A stretch of 64,000 nt of DNA from Candidatus Zhuqueibacterota bacterium. GTDB lineage: Bacteria > Zhuqueibacterota > Zhuqueibacteria > Thermofontimicrobiales > Thermofontimicrobiaceae. The stretch spans positions 32,001 through 96,000 of the forward strand of contig JBMOPW010000013.1 in assembly GCA_049322915.1 (NCBI GenBank), read 5' to 3'. A model generated the notes under the pieces. That model was given only the letters and a program-made list of their open reading frames with translations, had not been told where the DNA came from and made no database searches. Below are positions 19,644-28,573 of this stretch, piece by piece (position 1 is the stretch's first letter; each line of letters begins with the position of its first letter). The translations under genes and the position numbers were made by a program.

Positions 19644-20708
19644 TCAGCGAAGGCTGAATCCCAGACCGGGAGCGTCATGGGGATAGAGCGTACCATCTTT
19701 GAGAATCACAGCGCCGGCAGCCGGATCGTCCACGAGATCAAAATGGCCATCCAGGTCAGCGCAGACCACATTGGGCCGGGCCAGCGCAAAGTGCAAGCCG
19801 GCAGCAATGGCCAGCGCGGACTCATCCATGCAGCCGACCATGCTGGTCATCCCGGCCGCGCGCGCCACACTATCGACGTGCTGCGCCTCGGAAATTCCGC
19901 CCACTTTCATGAGTTTGATATTGATCATCGCCGCCCGCCTCCGGCACGCCAGGTCAAGCGCATCGCGCACCGTCATCAGACTCTCATCCGCCATGATCGG
20001 GACCGGTGAGGCTTCAGTGACCTGGCCCAGCAGCGCTGGATTTTCCCGGGCCGTGGGTTGTTCAATGAACTCCAAACCCGTTGACTGAGTTGCCGTTGCA
20101 AACAGGACGGCCTGTTCCACCGAAAAGCCCTGATTGGCATCGAACCGAAGTCCCACCTGCCGGCCAACGACCTCGCGCACCCGAAGGACGCGCTCAATAT
20201 CTCGGTCCACGTCAATGCCGCCTTTTATCTTCAGGGACGTGAATCCACGGGCCACAAACTCCCCGGCTTTACTGACAGTCTCCGGCAGGGGCAAAATGCC
20301 GATGGTGATGCTCGTCGGAATGCAGTCACGGAATCCGCCCAACATTTTCCAGACCGGCGCGCCGCAGGCTTTGCCCAGGAGATCGAACAGCGCCATATCC
20401 ATTGCCGCCAATGCCGACGGATGGCGCTCCATCGATGGCCTCAGCCGCCCGATGAGACTGGCGAACCGAAGCGGGTCCGCGCCGATGATCTGCGGCTTGA
20501 CCACGTCGTCCATCACCTGCATGACTGTCGCTTCGGTCTCTCCGGTGACCTCCAAATCCGGAGCGGCGCAGCCAAATCCACAGAGGCCGGTATCGGTTTC
20601 AATTTTCAGAAAGACATTCACCGTCGAATCGATCGTTTCGTAGGCAATGGTGTAGGGTTCTGCCAGACGCATAGCCACCGGCCATGCTTCCACTCGTTGT
20701 ATTTTCAT
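19644..20708 (-). CDS. Dipeptide epimerase (L-Ala-D/L-Glu epimerase / DgcA-like), enolase superfamily
   Basis: KIK, DANQG, EQP, ADES, NIKLMKVGG, GCMDES, DLDG. Confidence 0.88.
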   Translation of the reverse strand: MKIQRVEAWPVAMRLAEPYTIAYETIDSTVNVFLKIETDTGLCGFGCAAPDLEVTGETEATVMQVMDDVVKPQIIGADPLRFASLIGRLRPSMERHPSALAAMDMALFDLLGKACGAPVWKMLGGFRDCIPTSITIGILPLPETVSKAGEFVARGFTSLKIKGGIDVDRDIERVLRVREVVGRQVGLRFDANQGFSVEQAVLFATATQSTGLEFIEQPTARENPALLGQVTEASPVPIMADESLMTVRDALDLACRRRAAMINIKLMKVGGISEAQHVDSVARAAGMTSMVGCMDESALAIAAGLHFALARPNVVCADLDGHFDLVDDPAAGAVILKDGTLYPHDAPGLGFSLR

Positions 20709-20748
20709 CGCCCTGCCTCAAATGAAATGTTTATTTGGCCATCCTTTG

Positions 20749-20819
20749 ATTGTCGGGGATACTCATTCCGGATGGTGCGCCTCGGCGACATTCGCGCCGG
20801 AAACATCTCCGGCGCGATC
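20749..20819 (-). repeat. Degenerate family A repeat, copy 4 (middle hairpin missing)
   Basis: GGGATACTCATTCCGGATGGTGCGCCT and CGCGCCGGAAACATCTCCGGCGC match 60446-60473 and 60504-60526. Confidence 0.65.
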
Positions 20820-20865
20820 AGGCCTCATCTTTCCGGGTTCATGCTCCCTGCAGACAGGTCCCGGC

Positions 20866-21945
20866 CTACTTTTTCAAATACGTCTCGAGCGCGGCAATCA
20901 CCTTCCGGGGGCCATCCACAAGCACATCGCTGGCTACGCAGCCGGCGGCTTTTTCGATCTCCGCATAAATGGGAGCAAGGTCGTCTGGTTGCAACGACTC
21001 ATGATTGATGGTGATAGCGACGACCGGTTTCTCGGAGATAATTTCGATGGCCTTTATCTGTCTGTCCAGCGGATGAATGCGGTAGCCGGGAAAACCGTCG
21101 TAATCCACACGGGCTGGCGCGTGCTGCAATACCACGACATCAGGGCGGGCGGCCGCCAGAATTTCGTAGCCGCCGGGGTAAGCCGGATTCATCAGGCTGC
21201 CCTGGCCTTCGATGACAATGACGTCCGGTTTTTTATCGTTCCACGCCGACCACACGGCAAATTCGATTTCGCCGGAGACAAAATCATTGATGAGCGAATC
21301 CAGAATGAGCGAGTATTGCGCGCCCTGCATCCAGGCGGTCTGTCCAGTCCCGACCATTTCCGCAGTGTAGCCGGCGGCCCGAAATCCTTCCACCAGAATC
21401 CACGCTGTCGTCCGTTTGCCAATGGCGGAATCGGTGCCCAGCACAGCGATTTTCAACGATGTGACCTGTTCGATCCGGCCATCGAAGAAATGCAATTTGT
21501 CCCGCGTCGGTGTTTTTCGAACATCGCGGAGTGTGATTCGATGCTTAACCGCCAATCCGGAAATTTCAGGATCATCCGACAGAAAATCGTGGAGACCGCA
21601 ATCGACATTCAGTCCCAGTTCAATCGCTCGTTTCACATCCTGACGCGCCCGTGGATTGAGCCTGCCGCCATCCGGGGCAAGGCCAATGACCAGATGGGTG
21701 GCGCGGCGCTGCTGACGGGCGGCGTGTTCAACGGCCTCGGCTACATCGCCAATGATGGGTATATTTTTCGGCGCGCCGTCCAGCACCAGGCCAGCGTCTT
21801 TGCCGGCATAGGTGGAATCGACCACTGATAGCACCGAATAGCGGGCCGTCTTTCGAACCAGCCCGTGCGCCGTTTTGCCATTGGGCGTATTAAACGCATC
21901 CTGACAATAGACAATGGCATTTCCTTCCGGAAAATTTTTCATCAT
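20866..21945 (-). CDS. DUF1611 P-loop protein (DgcN-like)
   Basis: GKTAHGL, GLHDFL, GTDSAIGKRTT, TGQT, DFVSG, EGQGSL. Confidence 0.88.
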   Translation of the reverse strand: MMKNFPEGNAIVYCQDAFNTPNGKTAHGLVRKTARYSVLSVVDSTYAGKDAGLVLDGAPKNIPIIGDVAEAVEHAARQQRRATHLVIGLAPDGGRLNPRARQDVKRAIELGLNVDCGLHDFLSDDPEISGLAVKHRITLRDVRKTPTRDKLHFFDGRIEQVTSLKIAVLGTDSAIGKRTTAWILVEGFRAAGYTAEMVGTGQTAWMQGAQYSLILDSLINDFVSGEIEFAVWSAWNDKKPDVIVIEGQGSLMNPAYPGGYEILAAARPDVVVLQHAPARVDYDGFPGYRIHPLDRQIKAIEIISEKPVVAITINHESLQPDDLAPIYAEIEKAAGCVASDVLVDGPRKVIAALETYLKK

Positions 21946-22434
21946 TCAACTCCGTCTCAAAAAATAAGCCCGTCTGATTCTTCCCGACCGCACGTGTGCC
22001 AGTGGAAACGACCTCCTTCGCCACCTCCGGCCTCAGCTATTTGAATTGGCAATGTAATTGATTTATTTATAAATTTCAAGTCAATTTCTAAAATGAATAG
22101 TCTTGTACAAGCGTGTATAAAAAATTCAACACGCTAATGTATCGGCAGCAGACGGTCGCGACCGTCCTCTCCGCCTATGTCCAATAATAATCTATCGAAG
22201 TAGACTTCCAAACAAATCATAGAACGCAGATGACACTGATTACACGGATTTGCACGGATAAATTTTTTTTAAGTTAATAAACTGAAAAAATTTTCCTTCA
22301 AGTTGATTTCAAATTTTCCAGAAAATCGAGAACAAAATTCACGGTTTTCGGGTAGTAAAAATTTAGCCGACCGTAATTCTGTAAAATGGGTCCCGTAACG
22401 GGTAATTTAAAATCAGGATCAGAGGCGCAGGTTG

Positions 22435-22582
22435 GTAACCGTTCACAGGTTCATTGTTCAGGGTTCAAGGTTAATGATAACGGCCAGTTGATGACGGACT
22501 ATTTGAGCTCAAAAAATGTTTCTGGTGACTATATCCAAAACCCCAGCAGGGAACGCTGAACCCGGAACCTATGAACGGCTAC
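22435..22582. mobile_element. MITE-like element, family B, with heptamer-repeat terminal inverted repeats
   Basis: 32-bp inverted repeats at 22435-22466 and 22551-22582 (26/32 match by manual alignment); flanks GCAGGTTG (22427-22434) and GCAAGTTG (22583-22590). Confidence 0.7.
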
Positions 22583-23066
22583 GCAAGTTGAGGCGACATC
22601 TTTTGCAGGACACAGGAAAGGCAATCCAGAGTATTGCAGCGAATCGCCTAATCCAAACAGAACAATCGGAGTTGCCTTGTCGAATTCAGGAAGGCATCGG
22701 AGCAGCAGCGATCCGAAAACAGAATTGCGATGACGATTCTCGTTTCGAAAAAATGAAAATGGAAGAGCGGAAAGATCCTCAGCTCTTCCATTTTGAAAGC
22801 GTGTTCGCCCGAATCACAAAATACGACCAGGGCGGCCTGGCAGTCGCTCTGAAAATTGAGCGCAATGGCCACATTCCCGGCTTGATTCCTAAAGTCAGGG
22901 AGAAGTTCCCGGCGCATCACGCCCATCGCTGATACAACGCCGCCACCGGGATATGCTGAAATGCACATCAAAGCAGATTCGGGCACCCGGGCAATCATTC
23001 TGCTGGACAGGGGTGAATTCGACGTCCTTGTCCAGCGCCAAGGTATTCGTCATTTCTGAACCGGAA

Positions 23067-24209
23067 TTACATCATCAGTGATTCATCAAACTCGAAGCAG
23101 GGTGTTTTCTCTTCACTTTCAACAATCTGCGGCACTAATTTTTCAGGTTTGGGATGTTTGCCATTCCTATTTTTCGTCTGCGCGTATCGATAAATTTTCC
23201 CTTTGTAATTCCGCAACACCACTTCTTCATCCGTGATTCTGACGACATATTCGGGCAGCAAGGGAATCTTGCCACCGCCGCCGGGGGAGTCGATCACAAA
23301 GTGCGGCACAGCCAAGCCAGACGTCCAGCCCCGAATGGCTTTGATGATCTCCAGCCCTTTCTCGACGCGGGTTCGGAAATGTTCGGTCCCATAAACATAA
23401 TCGGCCTGGTAAATATAATAAGGACGAACGCGCGCCAACAGCAGCTTTTGCATCAATTTTTTCATGACTTCCGGGTCATCGTTTACACCTTTCAGCAGCA
23501 CGGTCTGGCAGCCAAGCGGAATGCCGGCATCGACCAATTTCCCCAGAGCCTTGACGGCAATCGGCGTCAATTCATCCGGATGATTGAAGTGAACGTTCAT
23601 GTAAAGAGGGTGATATTTCTTGAGCATGTTGGTTAATTTTGTGGTAATCCTTTGTGGGAGGAAACAAGGGACACGTGTCCCAATGCGGATAATTTGGACA
23701 TGTGGGATACGCCTGAGCTTGTGAAGGATATACCGTAACCAATCATCGCTCAATAATAATGGGTCGCCTCCGGACATAATGACGTCTCGAATTTCAGGAT
23801 GCTGCTCAATATACTCGATCCCTTCATCAATAAACTTCGGGCTAATTTTGCTCGGATCGCCTACTTTTCGCTTACGGGTACAGAAACGACAGAACGATGC
23901 ACAATCATGGGAAACTAAAAATAAACAACGATCGGGATAACGGTGAACAATGCTTTTCACCGGGGAGTCTCTATCCTCGGACAATGGGTCAAATGACAGT
24001 CCATCATTGTCCAGCTCTTTCAAATCAGGAACAACCTGTTTATAAATCGGATCGCCTTTCGCTTTAATCAGCGACAGGTAATACGGATTAATTTTTATAT
24101 CAAATTCATGCTGTATCTTTTCTACTTCGGCTAAAGGTATATCGAATCTCTCTGAAATCTCTTTAGCGCTGGTCAAACTTTTTTGCAGAATCTTCTGCCA
24201 GGTTTCCAT
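23067..24209 (-). CDS. kamA: KamA-family radical SAM protein, lysine 2,3-aminomutase-like
   Basis: HRYPDR, CASFCRFCTRKR, SGGDPL, HFNHP, PYYIYQAD, FVIDSPGGGGKIP. Confidence 0.88.
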   Translation of the reverse strand: METWQKILQKSLTSAKEISERFDIPLAEVEKIQHEFDIKINPYYLSLIKAKGDPIYKQVVPDLKELDNDGLSFDPLSEDRDSPVKSIVHRYPDRCLFLVSHDCASFCRFCTRKRKVGDPSKISPKFIDEGIEYIEQHPEIRDVIMSGGDPLLLSDDWLRYILHKLRRIPHVQIIRIGTRVPCFLPQRITTKLTNMLKKYHPLYMNVHFNHPDELTPIAVKALGKLVDAGIPLGCQTVLLKGVNDDPEVMKKLMQKLLLARVRPYYIYQADYVYGTEHFRTRVEKGLEIIKAIRGWTSGLAVPHFVIDSPGGGGKIPLLPEYVVRITDEEVVLRNYKGKIYRYAQTKNRNGKHPKPEKLVPQIVESEEKTPCFEFDESLMM

Positions 24210-24297
24210 GGTAAAAACATACCTCCTACGTGTTTGTTATGGTTGTTAATTTGAACAGATGCGACAGGTCCTCATCCAATGGAGCGTGCCACATGTG

Positions 24298-24774
24298 TTA
24301 TAAACGTTTCACAAAAATCAAGCGATCATCGCCGATTCGATAAAAGTCCTTAATGCGGGCTTCCACGACATATCGGTTTCGAAGGTAAAAATCCTGTGTT
24401 GGTTTGTATTTCGGTTGAGATGACGTTTCAATAATGATCATACGGCCTTTGAGGCGTACAACTTCTTGCTCCGTGAAAATCAATAATTTTTTTCCAACCC
24501 CTTGATGCTGCACCACTGGTGAAACCGCGATCCAGTATAAATCAAATGTGCCTTCAGTGGCAGGTGTGGGGCCGTAACATACGTATCCAACAACCTCCTT
24601 CCGTGCATCTTCTGCAACGTAAATGATATAATCCTTTTGATTTTTGTTATTTAAAAAAATATCAACCAATTCCATCGCAACGGCGACTTCTTCTTCAGTG
24701 AACATGTCCGTGTGAACGAGAATCTGATGCACCGCCTCTCTATCCTGAGACGCCATTTTTCTAATCGTTACCAT
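24298..24774 (-). CDS. GNAT family N-acetyltransferase
   Basis: DLYWIAV, QHQGVGKKL, IETSS, FY..DD. Confidence 0.88.
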   Translation of the reverse strand: MVTIRKMASQDREAVHQILVHTDMFTEEEVAVAMELVDIFLNNKNQKDYIIYVAEDARKEVVGYVCYGPTPATEGTFDLYWIAVSPVVQHQGVGKKLLIFTEQEVVRLKGRMIIIETSSQPKYKPTQDFYLRNRYVVEARIKDFYRIGDDRLIFVKRL

Positions 24775-25807
24775 TCCATTTCCTTTTCAATGCTTCGTGA
24801 ATCAACAGATCGACAAACGATTCGTAACTAATTCCAGCAGCAGTCAATGCTTTGACATAACCCGCATCCGGCGAGATGTCCGGATTGGGATTGTATTCCA
24901 GCACAAAAATATTTTCATCATCATCGACGCGGGTATCGACGCGACCATAATCCCGGCCATTGATCGTCTGATACACTTGCAGCGCTACATCTTCGAGTCG
25001 TGCCCGGAGACTGTCGCTTATCTGAGCCGGACAAATCGCTGGCGTCTTTTGATAGAGCGGATGATCGGGCAGCCATTTGGCTTCGTAACTTGTGATATGA
25101 GGCGTCTCCTCACCCAGCGCCGCAAAACTGATCTCAGAAATGGCGATGACTCGCGCCGGACCATTCCCCAATACGCTGACATTGAATTCCCGGCCCTGAA
25201 TGTACTGCTCCACCAGAATGGGCTGGTTGTATTTTTTCAACAACGCTGTGACTCGCTTTTTCAACCCATTCAAATCATGAATAATCGCATCGCCATGCGT
25301 AATGCCCAGACTGGCATCCTCCCGTGACGGCTTTGCAATCAGCGGATACGAAAGTATTGTATCGCGGGGTGCTTCGGAATAGACCTGAAACTTTGGGGTT
25401 GGTATGTTCCTGGCTTCGAACAACTGCTTTGTGAGCACCTTGTCCTGCGCCAGCCCTAATGTCAACGGAGAATTTCCGGTATAGGGGATTTCTAACAATT
25501 CCCATACACCTGCAATAAACATCTCGAAGCGAGCTTTGCCCTGGTAACCTTCGCATAAATTAAAAATCAGGTCTGGGGAAACCTGATTTATCTCCTGGAA
25601 AATCTGGTCAAGGCTTTTAACCGGAAAGGAAATAGGTACGTGGCCGGATTCCAGGACAACTCGCTGAACAATTTCTGCTTCGTCCTTCACCGCAGCTTCA
25701 GAAATAAAATCCAAATCCTGATCCGCCTTTTGAATCGGCTCATTATAGGCAATAAGAATATTCAATTTCTTCGAATCAGACTTCATGTTATTCATCGGAC
25801 GAGTCAT
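24761..25807 (-). CDS. D-Ala-D-Ala-ligase-like ATP-grasp protein B
   Basis: FNLCE, PYTG, KPSREDASLGI, VEQYIQGREF, YEAKW, RVD, LEYNPNPD. Confidence 0.85.
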   Translation of the reverse strand: MTRPMNNMKSDSKKLNILIAYNEPIQKADQDLDFISEAAVKDEAEIVQRVVLESGHVPISFPVKSLDQIFQEINQVSPDLIFNLCEGYQGKARFEMFIAGVWELLEIPYTGNSPLTLGLAQDKVLTKQLFEARNIPTPKFQVYSEAPRDTILSYPLIAKPSREDASLGITHGDAIIHDLNGLKKRVTALLKKYNQPILVEQYIQGREFNVSVLGNGPARVIAISEISFAALGEETPHITSYEAKWLPDHPLYQKTPAICPAQISDSLRARLEDVALQVYQTINGRDYGRVDTRVDDDENIFVLEYNPNPDISPDAGYVKALTAAGISYESFVDLLIHEALKRKWNGND

Positions 25808-25842
25808 CGCAAAAATTAATTTTTGCTCCTCATATTTAAAAA

Positions 25843-26880
25843 TTAAATACCATACCTTTTTCTGGCAAACTCAATGACCTTATTGATCATTGCGGTGTAA
25901 CTATAGCCTTTGGTTCGGGCCGCCTTGGGGAAACAGGAATTATCTTCCGGATTAGGCAAAATCCCCGGCAGCGGATTCAGCTCCAGGATGTGCGCCACAC
26001 CCTGATCATCCATACGGATGTCAATTCGGCACCAGTCCCTGATATGCATCACGCGGTAGGTATCCCGCACGACATCTTCGATATTTCGCTGCTGTAAATA
26101 GGTCAATGGCGCCGGGCATTTAAATATTTCAAGCGGCTTATCCGGCGTGTCCCAGATCCATTTTGCTTCATACGAATAAATCGGCCGAGCGCCTTCAGGC
26201 AGGTCGTCATAACTGATCGCGACGATGGGCAGCACGTCGACCTCTTTTCCATTGCCCCAGATGGCCACCGTATATTCATCTTTTTCTAAAAATTTCTCGA
26301 TCATCACCGGTTCATTGTATCTGGCGAGGATCTCTTCAATCTTCTTCCTCGCCTGCTTCGGGTCTTCCACTACCGAGTCATTGAAAATTCCTTTGCTGCT
26401 TCCCTCGGCAATGGGCTTGACAATCGCTGGAAAATAAAAATCATTCAACTCAATTTTTTGGAGTGGATGCAGCACCCGAAAAGGCGGTGTGGGAATCGAA
26501 TGGTAATTGAGTATTTCTTTGGTTCGGGCCTTATTCAGACAAATAGCCAGCGTCAAAGGATCCGATCCGGTGTACGGCAGTCCCAATCGCTCGCAAACCA
26601 GAGGGATGTACGACTCGCGAAAGTCGCCAAATAAACCTTCGGCTATATTGAACACCAGCTCCGGCCGAAGATTTTCCAGGGTGGCTGGCGCTGTATCATC
26701 CGCTTCAACGCTGAAAACTTCGTGCCCACCGCTTCGTATCGCATCCAACACCGAATTGATCGTGTCTACGCTATCACCCTCTGCGAAAAAATCAGGCGGA
26801 ATATCCGTGGTCTTTTGATAATGCTTTTCATATTCTTTGAGTAATCCAGTTTTGCTGCTGTACGCAACTGCTATTTTCAT
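25843..26880 (-). CDS. D-Ala-D-Ala-ligase-like ATP-grasp protein A
   Basis: FNIAEG, PYTGS, KPIAEGSSKGI, YSYEAKW, RIDIR, LELNPLPG. Confidence 0.85.
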   Translation of the reverse strand: MKIAVAYSSKTGLLKEYEKHYQKTTDIPPDFFAEGDSVDTINSVLDAIRSGGHEVFSVEADDTAPATLENLRPELVFNIAEGLFGDFRESYIPLVCERLGLPYTGSDPLTLAICLNKARTKEILNYHSIPTPPFRVLHPLQKIELNDFYFPAIVKPIAEGSSKGIFNDSVVEDPKQARKKIEEILARYNEPVMIEKFLEKDEYTVAIWGNGKEVDVLPIVAISYDDLPEGARPIYSYEAKWIWDTPDKPLEIFKCPAPLTYLQQRNIEDVVRDTYRVMHIRDWCRIDIRMDDQGVAHILELNPLPGILPNPEDNSCFPKAARTKGYSYTAMINKVIEFARKRYGI

Positions 26881-27019
26881 AGTCACAATCTCAAATTCAA
26901 ACCATCGTGAGCTAATATAAAAAAATCTCTAACGCATAGAGATGTCCCTGGAAACATGTACACCGGATTCTGATTTCAAAACAATATTCACTGTTTATAA
27001 AAAATTGAACATGAATTTG

Positions 27020-27034
27020 GCAATAATTATGCCA
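27020..27034 (-). promoter_or_regulatory. Sigma54 (-24/-12) promoter for the ligase-ligase-GNAT-kamA operon
   Basis: TGGCAT-AATTA-TTGC on the minus strand with exact GG-N10-GC spacing, about 140 nt upstream of ligase A. Confidence 0.75.
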
Positions 27035-27097
27035 CAATTTTCAAGTGCTAATTTTTCAATGAAGTAAGTCGGTTTTAATGATAATGCCAATTCTAAA

Positions 27098-27171
27098 AGC
27101 GAACTGACAATTCCGATTTTGGGGGATGAAGCCGAAAAATAGGGGCAGGAAATTGGAATTTAAAATTCCGA
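27098..27171. promoter_or_regulatory. Candidate upstream activator sequences for a sigma54 activator
   Basis: Imperfect palindrome TTGGAATTTAAAATTCCGA (27153-27171) and related AGCGAACTGACAATTCCGA (27098-27116), 55 bp apart. Confidence 0.45.
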
Positions 27172-28572
27172 TTATTTAAAATCTTCTTTCAGGATTCCGT
27201 AGCGATGCATCAGTTTATTCAATTGCCTCTCTCCAATCCCGGCTTCTTTGGCGGTGAGATTGATTTTTCCATGATGCCGGGTGAGGAGGTCGATTATATA
27301 TTGTTTCTCCACCCGGTCGATTTCGCGCTGCCGAACCTGTGTCAAAGTCAATGTGCTTTCAGCAGCCATCACTTTGCTCTTCTTCTTGCCATTTTTGAAT
27401 AGCTCAGCCGGGAAGCTTTTCGGCATCAGAATAGAGGACGACTCCAAAATATAGGCGCGCTCGATTAAATTTTCCAGTTCCCGGATATTGCCGGGCCAGG
27501 CGTAACATTGAAACGCCTCCAGCACATCGGGATGAACGTCGTTGATGTGCTTGGCATTGGCTTTATTGAGTCGCTTCAAAAAATTTTCGACCAGGATGGG
27601 AATATCTTCAATCCGCTGCTCAAGCCGTGGCAGTTCGATGGGGAAAACATTGAGCCGATAAAACAGATCGTTTCTGAAGGTGCTCAATTCGACCATTTTC
27701 TGCAAATCGGAATTTGTGGCCGCCAGAATTCGGACGTCGGCTTTGATGACATTCTCTCCGCCCACTCGCTGAAATGTCCTATCCTGCAACACCTGCAGGA
27801 GCGCAATTTGCATCGAGGAGGAGATGGTGCCGATCTCATCCAGAAAAATGGTCCCGCCATGGGCTATTTCAAACTTGCCAAGCTTGCGTCGGATCGCTCC
27901 GGTGAAAGCGCCTTTCTCGTGGCCAAACAGCTCGCTCTCCAGCAATGACTCGATAATGCCGCCGCAATGAACGCTGATGTATTGCTTCTCACTGCGCTTG
28001 CTGTGCTGATGCAACAATCCGGCAATGACGCTTTTGCCTGTTCCTGTTTCGCCTGTGATCAATACTGTGCTTTCGGTCGGAGCGACCGCCCGAATTTTTG
28101 AAAATACTTCTTTCATCAGCGGGCTGTTGGAACGAAGCACGGATAAATACTCGCTGCGCCAGAACCGATCGCGCAGATAATTGAGCTCGGAATTCATGCG
28201 CGAGTATTCCTGAAGGCTATCCACGATGTATTTGATCTCATCTGGATTGAGGGGGTACATCAGGTAATTGCTGGCGCCGGCCTTCACGGCATTGACCGTG
28301 TCGCGAACCATTTGCGGCGTTGAGAGCACGATAATATCCACATCCGAGGTGCCTCGCCAGAATGGCAAAAACTGGACTTTGTAGTCCACGTCGCTCTTCG
28401 AGTTCTTCAATATCTCGATATCAATGAAAAGAAACTCATATCGCTTTTTAGAAAATAATTCTTCGCCGGCCTCAAGTGTCTGCGCGTAATCGATTTTATA
28501 TCCGGATTCAAAACATTTCTGGATAGTCTCCACTGCTTCCTGATTTGTTGTGGTGACGAGTATACTTTTCAT
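27172..28572 (-). CDS. Sigma54-dependent NtrC-type activator with atypical receiver domain
   Basis: GETGTGKS, ELFGHEKGAFTGA, FLDEIG, WPGNIREL, C-terminal Fis-type HTH. Confidence 0.93.
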   Translation of the reverse strand: MKSILVTTTNQEAVETIQKCFESGYKIDYAQTLEAGEELFSKKRYEFLFIDIEILKNSKSDVDYKVQFLPFWRGTSDVDIIVLSTPQMVRDTVNAVKAGASNYLMYPLNPDEIKYIVDSLQEYSRMNSELNYLRDRFWRSEYLSVLRSNSPLMKEVFSKIRAVAPTESTVLITGETGTGKSVIAGLLHQHSKRSEKQYISVHCGGIIESLLESELFGHEKGAFTGAIRRKLGKFEIAHGGTIFLDEIGTISSSMQIALLQVLQDRTFQRVGGENVIKADVRILAATNSDLQKMVELSTFRNDLFYRLNVFPIELPRLEQRIEDIPILVENFLKRLNKANAKHINDVHPDVLEAFQCYAWPGNIRELENLIERAYILESSSILMPKSFPAELFKNGKKKSKVMAAESTLTLTQVRQREIDRVEKQYIIDLLTRHHGKINLTAKEAGIGERQLNKLMHRYGILKEDFK

Positions 28573-28573
28573 C

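Noticed and set aside
20722..21828. 368-aa plus-strand ORF
   Set aside because: Antisense shadow of the DUF1611 gene with no recognisable motifs.
21980..22035. CCACTG...GGGAAG resembling a cobalamin riboswitch B12 box upstream of DUF1611
   Set aside because: The other conserved cobalamin riboswitch elements are absent.
22220..22582. Short tandem repeats as a possible CRISPR array
   Set aside because: Units are 7-10 bp with no unique spacers, and there are no cas genes.
22516..22998. ORFs 22516-22932 (+) and 22648-22998 (-)
   Set aside because: The first starts inside the MITE-like element and neither has recognisable motifs; a gene remnant cannot be excluded.
24276..24291. TGGCACG...TTGG sigma54-like site before kamA
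   Set aside because: Spacing is one base too long and the -12 GC is missing.
24761..26880. Ddl-like genes as a vancomycin resistance cluster
   Set aside because: No vanH, vanX or vanR/S context, and canonical Ddl/Van N-terminal motifs are missing.
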